Below the pieces are notes generated by a model. The model did no database searches. It saw nothing but the letters and a program-made list of their open reading frames with translations, and was not told where the DNA came from. Made by a program: the position numbers and the translations under genes. A DNA stretch of 63,303 bases, filler included, from Octopus bimaculoides (Eukaryota), in NCBI RefSeq assembly GCF_001194135.2. It is 7 parts of 6 records of this genome, joined end to end, with 100 filler letters (N's around TTAATTAATTAA, not from the genome) between each part and the next. Parts side by side here need not be neighbours in the genome. Positions count along the whole stretch, not along the records: positions 47,127 to 53,475 come from NW_026385212.1; positions 53,576 to 58,030 come from NW_026385715.1; positions 58,131 to 62,106 come from NW_026300316.1; 4 more parts are not named here. One strand, 5' to 3'. Position 1 is the stretch's first letter; the number at the start of each line of letters is the position of its first letter. Below, in pieces: positions 50,090 to 61,696 of the stretch.

Positions 50090-53000
50090 ATAAGCAACAA
50101 TGATATCCAAAGTTAATGCAGTACGATCGTGTCATGCAACTCCATTTAACTAAGCAATGTGAACATTACATCAAATATAAAATTCAGAGCAATCCTCAGC
50201 TGCACAAAGATATAAAAATTTAATGAAGTTACATTTAAACAGAAGGACATATTTATAATTACATCTAAACTTTCCAAGTAGAAAGGAAGAATACAAAAGA
50301 TCCATTTTGACTTAGCCAGACCATACAGGTTAGTAAATAATTCTAAGCAGATTTTTTACTGTCACTGATTTTATTTGTTTTTTTGTTTCTGATTTATGGA
50401 CTAACTTATCAGACCAAGAGATTCAAGGCTTAAGAGGACACTGGCATTTTCTTTGTAGGGTAAGGGGTAAACAATATAGACAGTAAACATGGATGATATA
50501 GTTATAAAATTTCTTTGGGTTTGGTGACAAACTACTATAGGGTAGGTGTTTCACTACTAGCAGACCAGTTTATAATGGAACAGGGGAAGTATTATCATAA
50601 GACACCTATATAAAAATATAGGTAACATATATAAAAATAAAGTTGCTATATTGTATACAGATACAGTAAATGGTTATTCATAGTTTTCATTAATCAGAAT
50701 AATATATCAGTATTGTTTTACTAAGTTTGAAATACTTGAGATACTAATATTCGCTTAATTAATATGTGAATAAATAAAGGCTAATTATAAATTAATAATG
50801 AAATAAAAAGGTGTATAATAATATAAATAATCAATTAAGGCAGTATACAAAAACAATGAGGTAGTATTAATTTAAAATGCCATGGTAAAGTAGATTTAGA
50901 CTTATTTACATCAATAAAAGGACCCATAGATAAGATGTGAAATTAAATTTTTTATATATATTGGACTAAATTTTAAAATTAAACTTATATATCTAATATC
51001 ATTTAAATCTAGGCTAGATAAAAGAAATAGTAATGAAAATGATATATTTACTCCGCAAAATAATAGGGATTCCACAAAAAAGGTATGCAGAACTATAAAT
51101 CATAATATTGTCCTTGAGAATAATGGTAATCAAAATGTATCCTGGGACCTTTATGATTTGACGGGCAACATTTTTTTATGTAGTGTTTTTGGTGCCGAAA
51201 CACTTTCAAACTTCGTATACTTGTATATTTTGTGGTATAGAACAGATAAAAAATTTTGTATTCGAAGTTATTTCACACTAAAAATTGTCTTATTTCGATA
51301 ATTTCAACTAATCACTGACGTCTATTCAGTTGAATACAGTTAGTGCTGTGACGGTGTATATGGTATTAATCCCCGTTAGTTCTGACATTTCCGTTTAACT
51401 AGACTGTTCGTAAACAAAGGGGAAAAAGCCATCAAAATACTTGAATATTGCCAGCACTTGTTATTGGAGCTACCAGAATTATTAATGCACCTCCACCAAG
51501 TAGAAATAGCAGCCAAATCTTCTTCAAATCAAACTCTATTTTAGGGTTGGGGTTAGGGTTAGGGTTAGGGTGAGGTTATGGCAAAAATATACACACACAG
51601 ATACGCACAGCGTAATTTATTATATAAACAATATATGCGTATAAATTACGATTAAACCGGATGAAATATGTCACACTTAACACCGGCAGAAATTTATTGT
51701 TTACAAAAGAGCACTGACTGTATTCAGCTGAATAGACGTCAGTGATTGGTTGAAATTACAGAAATACGACAACTTTAACATGAAATAACTTGCGATGTAT
51801 GATTTTTTGTTAAGAAGGCTAAGAGAAAAAGTTGTTTTGTATGACACATTCAACCAGTGTCCCAAGTTTGAAAGTGTTTCATTAAGAAAACAAGTGTTGG
51901 CCGTCAAATCACAAAGATCCGTATCCTGTACTCACTCACACAATAAATTTAAAAGTAAAAATCTTGTTTGGTTCAATATCCCATTCAACTGTGCAGTATC
52001 CACTAATATAAACAAAAAAATTAATAGCTATTTTACAAAAAGAATTTTCCTTCTTTCCACAGATAGAATAGAATCTTTTCACGTAATACAGTCCAAATCT
52101 CATACTCGGCCCTCCCTAATATAGGTACAATCATAGCTATGTTAAATAGAAAAAACATAAAATTAGCCAGAATTGTTGAAAATAAAAATGGTGGTAATAG
52201 TTATTGAAATGTCAATAATAATTTAATCAATGTCAATAATAGCATTACCGATAATTATAGAAATGGAAGTGGAAATAACAATGGCAACAGCAATTATGAA
52301 GGTAACAGCAATATTCTTAGTTCCATCAACCATAACTTAAACCAACATAATGAATATAGTGGTATTGATGTTGGAAGTACAACTGAAATAAATAGTAGTA
52401 GCGCCTCTAATGATAATAATGTGAATTATGGTTCTAGTTCATATATGGAAATATAAAATATTAGTATGCTGTATGCTGCAGGAATGATTCTATCTGATAG
52501 CACGATGGAAATGGAGTTAGATAGTAATAGAAGTGATCATAACAAGCCTGATAATAGAATTAATAATAGGGGAAATAATATCAATGCGAATAATGGTAAC
52601 AACAATAATTTAAATCTTAGTAATAATATAGGTGTTGTTGATAGTTCCACTAGTTGCAATTGTAGAAATAAGTCCCGTTGTCCGTTATTAGGTCGAAGTC
52701 TCACCCAAAACATAGTATATAAATGCACAATAAGTACTATAACTGATAATTATATTTACTTGGGATGTACGATTAATTTGAAAGAGCATATATATAACCA
52801 CCTGTCATCTTTTAGACTTAAACATAAGGCTAATTGTATGTCATTATCAAATAAAATTTGGGAATTAAAGGAAAGTGGTACCAGTTTTAGCCTTAAATGG
52901 GAAATTATAAGAAAAGTTCAACCTTATAGAAATAGCAGATCTGGATGTGAACTATATTCCATGGAAACATAGGAAATTTTTAAACTTAAAAACAATACTA

Positions 53001-53475
53001 ACCTGATTAATAATAGATTAGACCTTAGAGTATTATGTGTACACAGTTCCGCTTGCACTTTTAAATATTTTAAAAAGTAGCAAACTTATATAGTGTGGTA
53101 TTTTAATATCTACCATGTTTATCTTAGTCTATAATTAGTGGATAAGTGAGTACACCCTATAGCATTAACTTTCCTGTGGTTAATATTGGACTATAATCAT
53201 TATAAATACAAACTATAGCATTAACTTTCCTTTAGTCTAGATTGGATTGTAGTTACTATAGAGATAAGCTAATTAAGTAAATTTTTAAATAAGTTTAGTT
53301 TTTAGATATTTGATATATTAAATACTTTCTATAATTCTTATTTATTGTGATTACTAAATCACACATTAACTTCATCTTGATGTTAGAGTTTTGACTAATT
53401 TTATACCCTTTTTCTTTTCCGTGATGTGTTTTTTCTACCCTACATGAGTTTTTTTATACCTCATAATTACCTCCA
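50090..53475 (+). mobile_element. Penelope-like retroelement (decayed RT, Asn-rich linker, GIY-YIG), interrupted by a MITE
   Basis: PYRLVNNSK, VDLDLFT, NLVWFNIPFNCAVSTNI, QISYSALPNIGTII, then SCNCRNKSRCPLLG...VYKC...YLGCT...LSNKIWELKE...WEII. Confidence 0.85.
51145..51920. mobile_element. 776-bp MITE with ~200-bp imperfect TIRs, 8-bp TSD and internal TTAGGG tract (Merlin- or Mutator-like)
   Basis: Perfect TSD GTATCCTG at 51137-51144 and 51921-51928; ends GGACC.../...GATCC; arms 51145-51347 and 51710-51920; TTAGGG variants at 51541-51575. Confidence 0.9.
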
Positions 53476-53575
53476 NNNNNNNNNNNNNNNNNNNNNNNNN
53501 NNNNNNNNNNNNNNNNNNNTTAATTAATTAANNNNNNNNNNNNNNNNNNNNNNNNNNNNNNNNNNNNNNNNNNNN

Positions 53576-53753
53576 TGTATATATGTGTGTATTTTTTATG
53601 TATGTGTGTATATATGCGTGTATGTACATGTATGTATCTATGTGTGTACATGTATCTGTGTGTGTATGCATATGTATATATGTATCATCATCATCATCGT
53701 CACCTTTTAACGTCCGCTTTCCATGCTAGCATGGGTTGGATGATTTGACTGAG
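53576..53753. repeat. 178-bp exact duplicate of 54111-54288 between gaps (probable assembly artefact)
   Basis: The two copies appear identical, including microsatellite detail, and this one is bounded by N runs. Confidence 0.75.
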
Positions 53754-54220
53754 NNNNNNNNNNCGGTGTGTATGTAGTATTTACTCTCTCTCTCTCTCTC
53801 TCATACACACTCAGACACACACTCACACACAAAATAGAGAGTGAAGTTTTTTTGGGCGTTGTTACGTCAATACCGGAAGTTGACATTGAGGAACCTTTTT
53901 AAAGAAGTGAATCTTAAATATAAAGCAATATTATTTATTTTTAATTAAGAAAATCAAATGAAGAGCCTAAGATTTATCCGAGGTCAAATTATTCACGCAT
54001 CACAAGTATGGAAGCATTTGGTGAAGTCGATTTCACGTGAAAAGCCATTACACACACATCTCTGTTTTATATATAGTATAGATATATATATGTATGTAGG
54101 TATATATGCATGTATATATGTGTGTATTTTTTATGTATGTGTGTATATATGCGTGTATGTACATGTATGTATCTATGTGTGTACATGTATCTGTGTGTGT
54201 ATGCATATGTATATATGTAT

Positions 54221-55485
54221 CATCATCATCATCGTCACCTTTTAACGTCCGCTTTCCATGCTAGCATGGGTTGGATGATTTGACTGAGGACTGGCAAACC
54301 GTATGGCTGCACCAGGCTCCAATCTGATCCGGCAGAGTTTCTACAGCCGGACGCCCTTCCTAACACCAACCACTCTGAGAGTGTAGTAGGTGCTTTTACG
54401 AGTCACCGGCATGAGTGCCAGTCAGGCTGTACTGGCAACGACCATGCTCAAGTGGTGTTTTTTTATGTGCCACCTGCACAGGAGCCAGTCCAGTGGCACC
54501 GGCAACGACCTCACTTGAATGTTTTTCACATGCCACCGGCATAAGTGCCAGTAAGGCGACACTAGTAATAAACATCTTTGAATGGATCTTTTTACGTGCC
54601 ACTGGCATGGAAGCCAGTCAGCTGCTCTGGCAGCAATCACACTCGGATGGTGCTGTTAGCGCTCCACTGGCACGAGTGCCAGTCATCGAATTTGTGAATT
54701 TGATTTGATTTCACTTGCCTCAACGGGTCTTCACAAGCACAGTTTAGTGTCCAATGAAGGAAAGGTACATGTAAGTGGGCTGGTTACACCCCTGGCATAG
54801 GCCACGTGTTATGGCTTCACTTGACTTGCCGGGCCTTCTCACGCACAGTATATTTCCAAACGTCTCGGTTACTAGTCATTGCCTCGGTGAGGCCTAATGT
54901 TCAAAGGTTGTCCTTCACCACCTCATCCTAGGTCTTCCTGGGTCTACTTCTTCCACAGGTTCCCCTCAACCGCTTGGGTGTGGCCCTTTTTCACGCAGCT
55001 ATCCTCATCCATTCTCGCCACATGACCATACCAACACAGTCGTCTCTCTTGCACACCACAACTGATGCTTTTTAGGTCCAACTTTTCTCTCGAGGTACTT
55101 ACTCTTTATTGAGTATGCACACTGTCATTACACATCCATCGGAGAATACTGGCTTCATTCCTTGCGAGCTTACGCATGTCCTCAGCAGTAACGGCCCATG
55201 TTTCACTGCCATGCTGCATGGCTGTTCGTACACATGTGTCACACAGTCTGCCTTTTACTCTGAGCGAGAAGCCCTTTGTCACCAGCAGAGGTAAGAGCTC
55301 TCTGAACTTTGCCCAGGCTATTCTTATTCTAGCAGCTACACTTTCAGCACACCCTCCCCCGCTACTCACTTGGTCACCTAAGTAATGGAAGCTATCAACT
55401 GCTTCTAGTTTTTTCTCCCTGGAATGTAGCGGAAGTTGTTCTCTGTACATTTTCAGTGTTTATTGCTCCTGAGCATCTGCCACAT
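54221..55485 (-). mobile_element. RTE LINE 3' third (RT C-terminus plus repeated 3' UTR)
   Basis: ORF 55106-55450 reads KLEAVDSFHYLGDQVSSGGGCAESVAARIRIAWAKFRELLPLL...HGSETW; ends in a (CAT)n tail. Confidence 0.9.
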
Positions 55486-55924
55486 ATGTATATATATATG
55501 ATAAATAAAAAATAGTTTCATTTGACTTATTAAATAAATTTAATAACCAAAATAATAATTATTATAGTATTGCATAGTTTATAAATCGTATTCTTATTAC
55601 AACAATTTTGTTTGTTACTTCTGAAAGTATTGATAAAGTTTGGATATGCACCATACATGGTCCCTCATTTTGTAAATAATAAAATAGATAAAATAAAATA
55701 ATAAAAATTAATTCATTGAGAACTGCGCTTGCTGCTTGTTTGGTTTCTATTGATGATTCCTGTTGACTCACTAGATTCTCCCTGCCATGGTGTGTGAATA
55801 ACAATCATTTTTTTAAGTAACTGCAGATATGGTTACCCTTAAAAAATTAGGAAATTTGATTTCCATTGCTGTAGCCTAATACACACACACACACACGTAT
55901 GTATGTATGTATGTACATACATAC

Positions 55925-55960
<36 letters not shown>

Positions 55961-57558
55961 ATGTGGGGCATTTTGGTTATCGCATTTACAGTCTTAAGTC
56001 CATTTTAGCAATAATTACAGAATTATCCCTCTGAGAAAATAATAAATATAGAAGATTATTATTAGTCAATTTAAACAATAAATTTTATTATACCAACTAA
56101 TTTAAATGGATAAAAGTGTTGTTGTATTGAAGATGTAATTGTTTATATATTATTTGTTGAAGTTACACGTAGGAGAAGACTTAGATAATTAATTATATAC
56201 ATTTATATACACATATTATTGTTGTTTGTTGTGATGGCAAGAGACTATCTTGACATCAAAGGGTTTCAATTGTTATGTGTTTGAGATGTATGAAGTGAAT
56301 TTCGATGGTAGTGGATTGCACTTAGTTGATTGTATCGTCTGTTAAAGTGTTTTTGTTGTTTTTTAATTGTAATTGATCAATGCTCAAACTCATAACACAG
56401 ACATTTGAATTAATTTTTACAATCCAGCCGTCCTTTCAGACGGGATTTTGTATTTCTGAGCCATGGACCCTGAAGTGACTTATATATAAAGGAACTGTGA
56501 GTATGTAAGTTGAAACAATTTGTTGGCCTTTTACAGTTTTTTTTAATTATTTATATATTATGTTACATTATATATCATATTCATAGTATTTAATGTAATA
56601 TTGCAATATAAATAAATCATTGGATTGTCAATAGAATATCTCTATACTTAATTTATCTTTATTATTGAATTATACCAATATCTATATGGTATCCAACTGA
56701 AGTACCAGTGAATTGGATGTTTAACACACCCCTTTGAAGGATTTCTTTTCCCCAGTTTGTTACTATAGGGGGTTCCTATAAAGTTGTTATCCACCCCTGA
56801 TTGGAACTCTCCCGTATGACATGTACGCATGCTCAGTGACTTGCTTTAACAGTTGCAATCAGCTGAATGCACATTGCCAGTGACCTTTGACATAATTACC
56901 CACACTCTGTGGTCAGGATTCTTTTTTTTGGTTTGATGTCGGTATTGAAGGGATTACCAGACACCGGACAATACAGTGAAAGCAGCTTTCACTCACATCG
57001 TGGTATTCGATGCTGTGTACGTGTCTGTCGTGGTAAAATATGCCACTCCTTNNNNNNNNNNNNNNNNNNNNNNNNNNNNNNNNNNNNNNNNNNNNNNNNN
57101 NNNNNNNNNNNNNNNNNNNNNNNNNNNNNNNNNNNNNNNNNNNNNNNNNNNNNNNNNNNNNNNNNNNNNNNNNNNNNNNNNTGTGTAACATTATTAAGTG
57201 TACGTAAATTTCATCCGTCTAATTGGCTATACAAATGCTTGTGCAAAACAACTTTTTGCGCTGCCTTGATTATACATAGCAGGGTAATCCCTTTTCGCAG
57301 GAGGTAGGACAGCAATTTCTGCTACACAGTTCTGCCAGAATTCTATCAGATTGGGCAGTAGATGATGATGCACCATTTTGCATTATGTTCAAAGTAGCTT
57401 CTGGAATGTGGTGAATTGCTGCAGTCTGTTGCTGTCATTTTAAACCGGTTGCTTTCTTTCCCCAGCAAGCTCTCTTGTTTGGAGGCATAATCTATGTACA
57501 TATTAAACAGAACAACAAAAGTTATAACAGATGGCAGGGTCGGTAGTTTTCACATTTT

Positions 57559-57728
57559 GGTAATTTTTCAGATTAACACCCACACGATTACGTAACCCTA
57601 ACCCTGACCATAAAACTGTAACACTAACCCTAACCCTAACCCTAACCCTAAAACCGTAACCCTGACCCCAAAACCGTAACCCTAACACCCTAGTGAAAAT
57701 CGTGCGGGTGTTAATCTGAAAAATTACC
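57559..57728. mobile_element. 170-bp Merlin-like MITE filled with telomere-type repeats
   Basis: 31-bp TIRs GGTAATTTTTCAGATTAACACCCRCACGATT (1 mismatch); flanks CACATTTT / CACATTTG (7 of 8 bp TSD); interior CCCTAA and variants. Confidence 0.85.
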
Positions 57729-57741
57729 CACATTTGTAATG

Positions 57742-57893
57742 AAGTTCACTCCGCTAAAGTTGACTTTGCCTTTCATCCTTTCGGGCTCTAAAAAATAAGT
57801 ACCAGTTGGACACAGGGGTTGATATAATCGACTATTCTCCACCTGCCCCAAGCCACCTTTGTGGGAAAAATTTATAATAATAATAATAATAAT
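57742..57893 (+). mobile_element. Family-2 SINE, 5'-truncated
   Basis: AGTTGACTTTGCCTTTCATCCTTTCGGG...AAGTACCAG and an (ATA)n tail. Confidence 0.8.
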
Positions 57894-59558
57894 GACCTCT
57901 GCAGATCAAACTCCCAACCCACAACTAAGTCTTAAGTGTATATATATATGGGCAACACACATACACACTAAATAAAAAAAATGTTAGTAAGTAAAGGTGT
58001 TTTAAAAAAGATTGTTAAATTTTCAGATTANNNNNNNNNNNNNNNNNNNNNNNNNNNNNNNNNNNNNNNNNNNNTTAATTAATTAANNNNNNNNNNNNNN
58101 NNNNNNNNNNNNNNNNNNNNNNNNNNNNNNTATCAGCGCCGGAACTGTCTCCATTGACAACACCGACTTCATCCACAGAGGTAGCATATCCAGTGCAAAG
58201 ACAGGAAAATATTAGGTTGACCTGACCCCTCATTAAAGCAATGTTTGAAGAACCATAGGTCTACTGTTATTTTAGCGGAAAGGTGCAACATCACGCCCCT
58301 GACCAGCCAAGAACGCCACTTAAAACAGGAAAAGACCATACAGATCAGTAAATGGAGACCCCTTTAACAGCTGGGCACTGACATGGGATCAAAGGAGAGA
58401 GAAATAATCCTAAAACTTCGGTTATCTCGGGAAATTTCTTCAAGTGAGAATATAGTACATACTAAAATCTATTTGTGTACGTAGTCCCATTCTTGAAATA
58501 TAATGAGAAAATGTTTATGTTTCGTAATCTCTATTTTTATAATGAGAAGAATTGTTTCAATTGCTTTTGCCTAACTACTTTTATAGTCAGTAAAATTCCC
58601 GCCCAACAAAAGCAATTCACTGTTTTGTGAATTAAAAAATATCTGCCTTTCATGATCCGTATTCGTTTCGGATGAACTGTTTTGTACTTTTATGACTCAT
58701 CTGTCGGCAATTATTATGATATTTAACAACACGATGCACAGAGATTTCCAAGCTGGTAAATAAATACGACAAAAACATATATCATACGATTGCTGACTGA
58801 TTTCTATTGGATATCACCTAATCTTTTATTAATCGTCTGTTTCACTCTGTATCCATGACCTCTGCTTGTCTTTGCATTCATATCCATAAATACATATATG
58901 TTTCAAATAATTTTTTTATATATTATACAAATGCAATCATCCTTCGCGTTACGATAGCTTATATTACGAATTTTCATAATTACGAAGATTGTAAAAAAAT
59001 AGAGAATTTCGAGATGCATTCTTCAATTTGGCATTTACGCATAATTTTTGAAAATTTGAAATATAGAGTGTTTTAAACCTCAAACGCCATTNNNNNNNNN
59101 NNNNNNNNNNNNNNNNNNNNNNNNNNNNNNNNNNNNNNNNNNNNNNNNNNNNNNNNNNNNNNNNNNNNNNNNNNNNNNNNNNNNNNNNNNNNNNNNNNNN
59201 NNNNNNNNNNNNNNNNNNNNNNNNNNNNNNNNNNNNNNNNNNNNNNNNNNNNNNNNNNNNNNNNNNNNNNNNNNNNNNNNNNNNNNNNNNNNNNNNNNNN
59301 NNNNNNNNNNNNNNNNNNNNNNNNNNNNNNNNNNNNNNNNNNNNNNNNNNNNNNNNNNNNNNNNNNNNNNNNNNNNNNNNNNNNNNNNNNNNNNNNNNNN
59401 NNNNNNNNNNNNNNNNNNNNNNNNNNNNNNNNNNNNNNNNNNNNNNNNNNNNNNNNNNNNNNNNNNNNNNNNNNNNNNNNNNNNNNNNNNNNNNNNNNNN
59501 NNNNNNNNNNNNNNNNNNNNNNNNNNNNNNNNNNNNNNNNNNNNNNNNNNNNNNNNNN

Positions 59559-59594
<36 letters not shown>

Positions 59595-59754
59595 TTATAT
59601 GTACGTGTGCATGTATGCGTAAGTGTGTGTGTTTGTGTGTATGTATATATATAAATCGTTATTGGTTCATATATCTGAAAACGGAACACACTCTAAAACA
59701 TTTGAGCTGTAATGTATTTTAAGATGTTAATTATGTCCGGTCATAGAGTGACCA

Positions 59755-60199
59755 TTCATTTCGCAAGCAATACGATGCTTAAACGTATAGGCGACAACTC
59801 AAAGTCCAATGAACGTAGGCGTACATCATCTCTACAACTGGAGGAAAAAGTACGTCACGGTCAGTTAGAATTGTAAACAACAACCCTTACCTCAATGGAT
59901 TTCAAGATGACAATTGCCATCAACTACACTATTACTAATTTTTTAGAGATAAAGTAGACCAAGGTTCCTTTTTATACAGACCCTATTGCTTACCAAACCA
60001 GATGTAGCATATCCAGTGCAAAGACACGAAAATATTAGGTTGAACTGACTCCTCATTTAAGCAACGTCTGAAAAACCATAGGTCCACTGTTATTTTAGCG
60101 GAAAGGTGCAACATCTCGCCCCTGACCAGTAAGAACGCCACTTAAAAGAGCATAGAACCATACAGATCAGTAAATGGAGGTCCCTTGAACAGCTGGGCA
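59755..60199 (-). other. Candidate spliced mini-exon chain (exons 60164-60199, 59994-60086, 59891-59923, and from 59837 downward)
   Basis: Donors GTATGG, GTAAGC and GTAAGG; acceptors TGTCAG, TAACAG, TGTAG (weak) and TTTTTCCTCCAG. The product is unrecognised and may be non-coding. Confidence 0.35.
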
Positions 60200-60403
60200 C
60201 TGACATAAATGGTAGAAAATGAGAGAACAATAGTCCTAAAACTTCGGTTGTCTCTAGAAACCTCTACAAGTGTGAATAAAGTACACACTAAAATCCATTT
60301 GTGTACGTAATCCCATTTTTCAAGTACAATAAGAAAATGTTTATGTTTCGAAATCTCTATTTTTATAATGAGAAAAATTGTTTCAATTGCTTTTGCTTAA
60401 CTA

Positions 60404-60636
60404 CTTTTATAGTTAGTAAAATTCCCGCCCAACAAAAGCAATTCACTGTTTTGTGAATTAAAAAATATCTGCCTTTCATGATCCGTATTCGTTTCGGATG
60501 AACTGTTTTGTACTTTTATGACTCATCTGTCGGCAATTATTATGATATTTAACGACACGATGCAGAGAGATTTCCAAGCTGGTAAATAAATACGACAAAA
60601 ACATATATCATACGATTGCTGACTGATTTCTATTGG
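60404..60636 (-). promoter_or_regulatory. Candidate Pol II core promoter cassette (CCAAT, AP-1, GC/E2F-like box, TATAAAAG); duplicated at 58578-58810
   Basis: Minus-strand order: CCAAT (60632-60636), TGAGTCA (60519-60525), GGGCGGGAA (60422-60430), TATAAAAG (60404-60411). All four are identical in the other copy. Confidence 0.4.
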
Positions 60637-61640
60637 ATATCACCTAATTCTTTATTAATCGTCTGTTTCACTCTGTATCCATGACCTCTACTTGTCTTTG
60701 CATTTATATCCATAAATACATATATGTTTCAAATAATTTTTTTTATATATTATACAAATGCAATCATCCTTCGCGTTACGATAGCTTATATTACGAATTN
60801 NNNNNNNNNNNNNNNNNNNNNNNNNNNNNNNNNNNNNNNNNNNNNNNNNNNNNNNNNNNNNNNNNNNNNNNNNNNNNNNNNNNNNNNNNNNNNNNNNNNN
60901 NNNNNNNNNNNNNNNNNNNNNNNNNNNNNNNNNNNNNNNNNNNNNNNNNNNNNNNNNNNNNNNNNNNNNNNNNNNNNNNNNNNNNNNNNNNNNNNNNNNN
61001 NNNNNNNNNNNNNNNNNNNNNNNNNNNNNNNNNNNNNNNNNNNNNNNNNNNNNNNNNNNNNNNNNNNNNNNNNNNNNNNNNNNNNNNNNNNNNNNNNNNN
61101 NNNNNNNNNNNNNNNNNNNNNNNNNNNNNNNNNNNNNNNNNNNNNNNNNNNNNNNNNNNNNNNNNNNNNNNNNNNNNNNNNNNNNNNNNNNNNNNNNNNN
61201 NNNNNNNNNNNNNNNNNNNNNNNNNNNNNNNNNNNNNNNNNNNNNNNNNNNNNNNNNNNNNNNNNNNNNNNNNNNNNNNNNNNNNNNNNNNNNNNNNNNN
61301 NNNNNNNNNNNNNNNNNNNNNNNNNNNNNNNNNNNNNNNNNNNNNNNNNNNNNNNNNNNNNNNNNNNNNNNNNNNNNNNNNNNNNNNNNNNNNNNNNNNN
61401 NNNNNNNNNNNNNNNNNNNNNNNNNNNNNNNNNNNNNNNNNNNNNNNNNNNNNNNNNNNNNNNNNNNNNNNNNNNNNNNNNNNNNNNNNNNNNNNNNNNN
61501 NNNNNNNNNNNNNNNNNNNNNNNNNNNNNNNNNNNNNNNNNNNNNNNNNNNNNNNNNNNNNNNNNNNNNNNNNNNNNNNNNNNNNNNNNNNNNNNNNNNN
61601 NNNNNNNNNNNNNNNNNNNNNNNNNNNNNNNNNNNNNNNN

Positions 61641-61696
<56 letters not shown>

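Noticed and set aside
51541-51575. True telomere or chromosome fusion site
   Set aside because: The tract is short, degenerate and enclosed by MITE TIRs and a TSD; the same applies to 57591-57690.
59891-59923. In-frame TGA as selenocysteine in the candidate exon chain
   Set aside because: There is no CxxU context and I could not identify a SECIS downstream; an ordinary stop or non-coding status is more likely.
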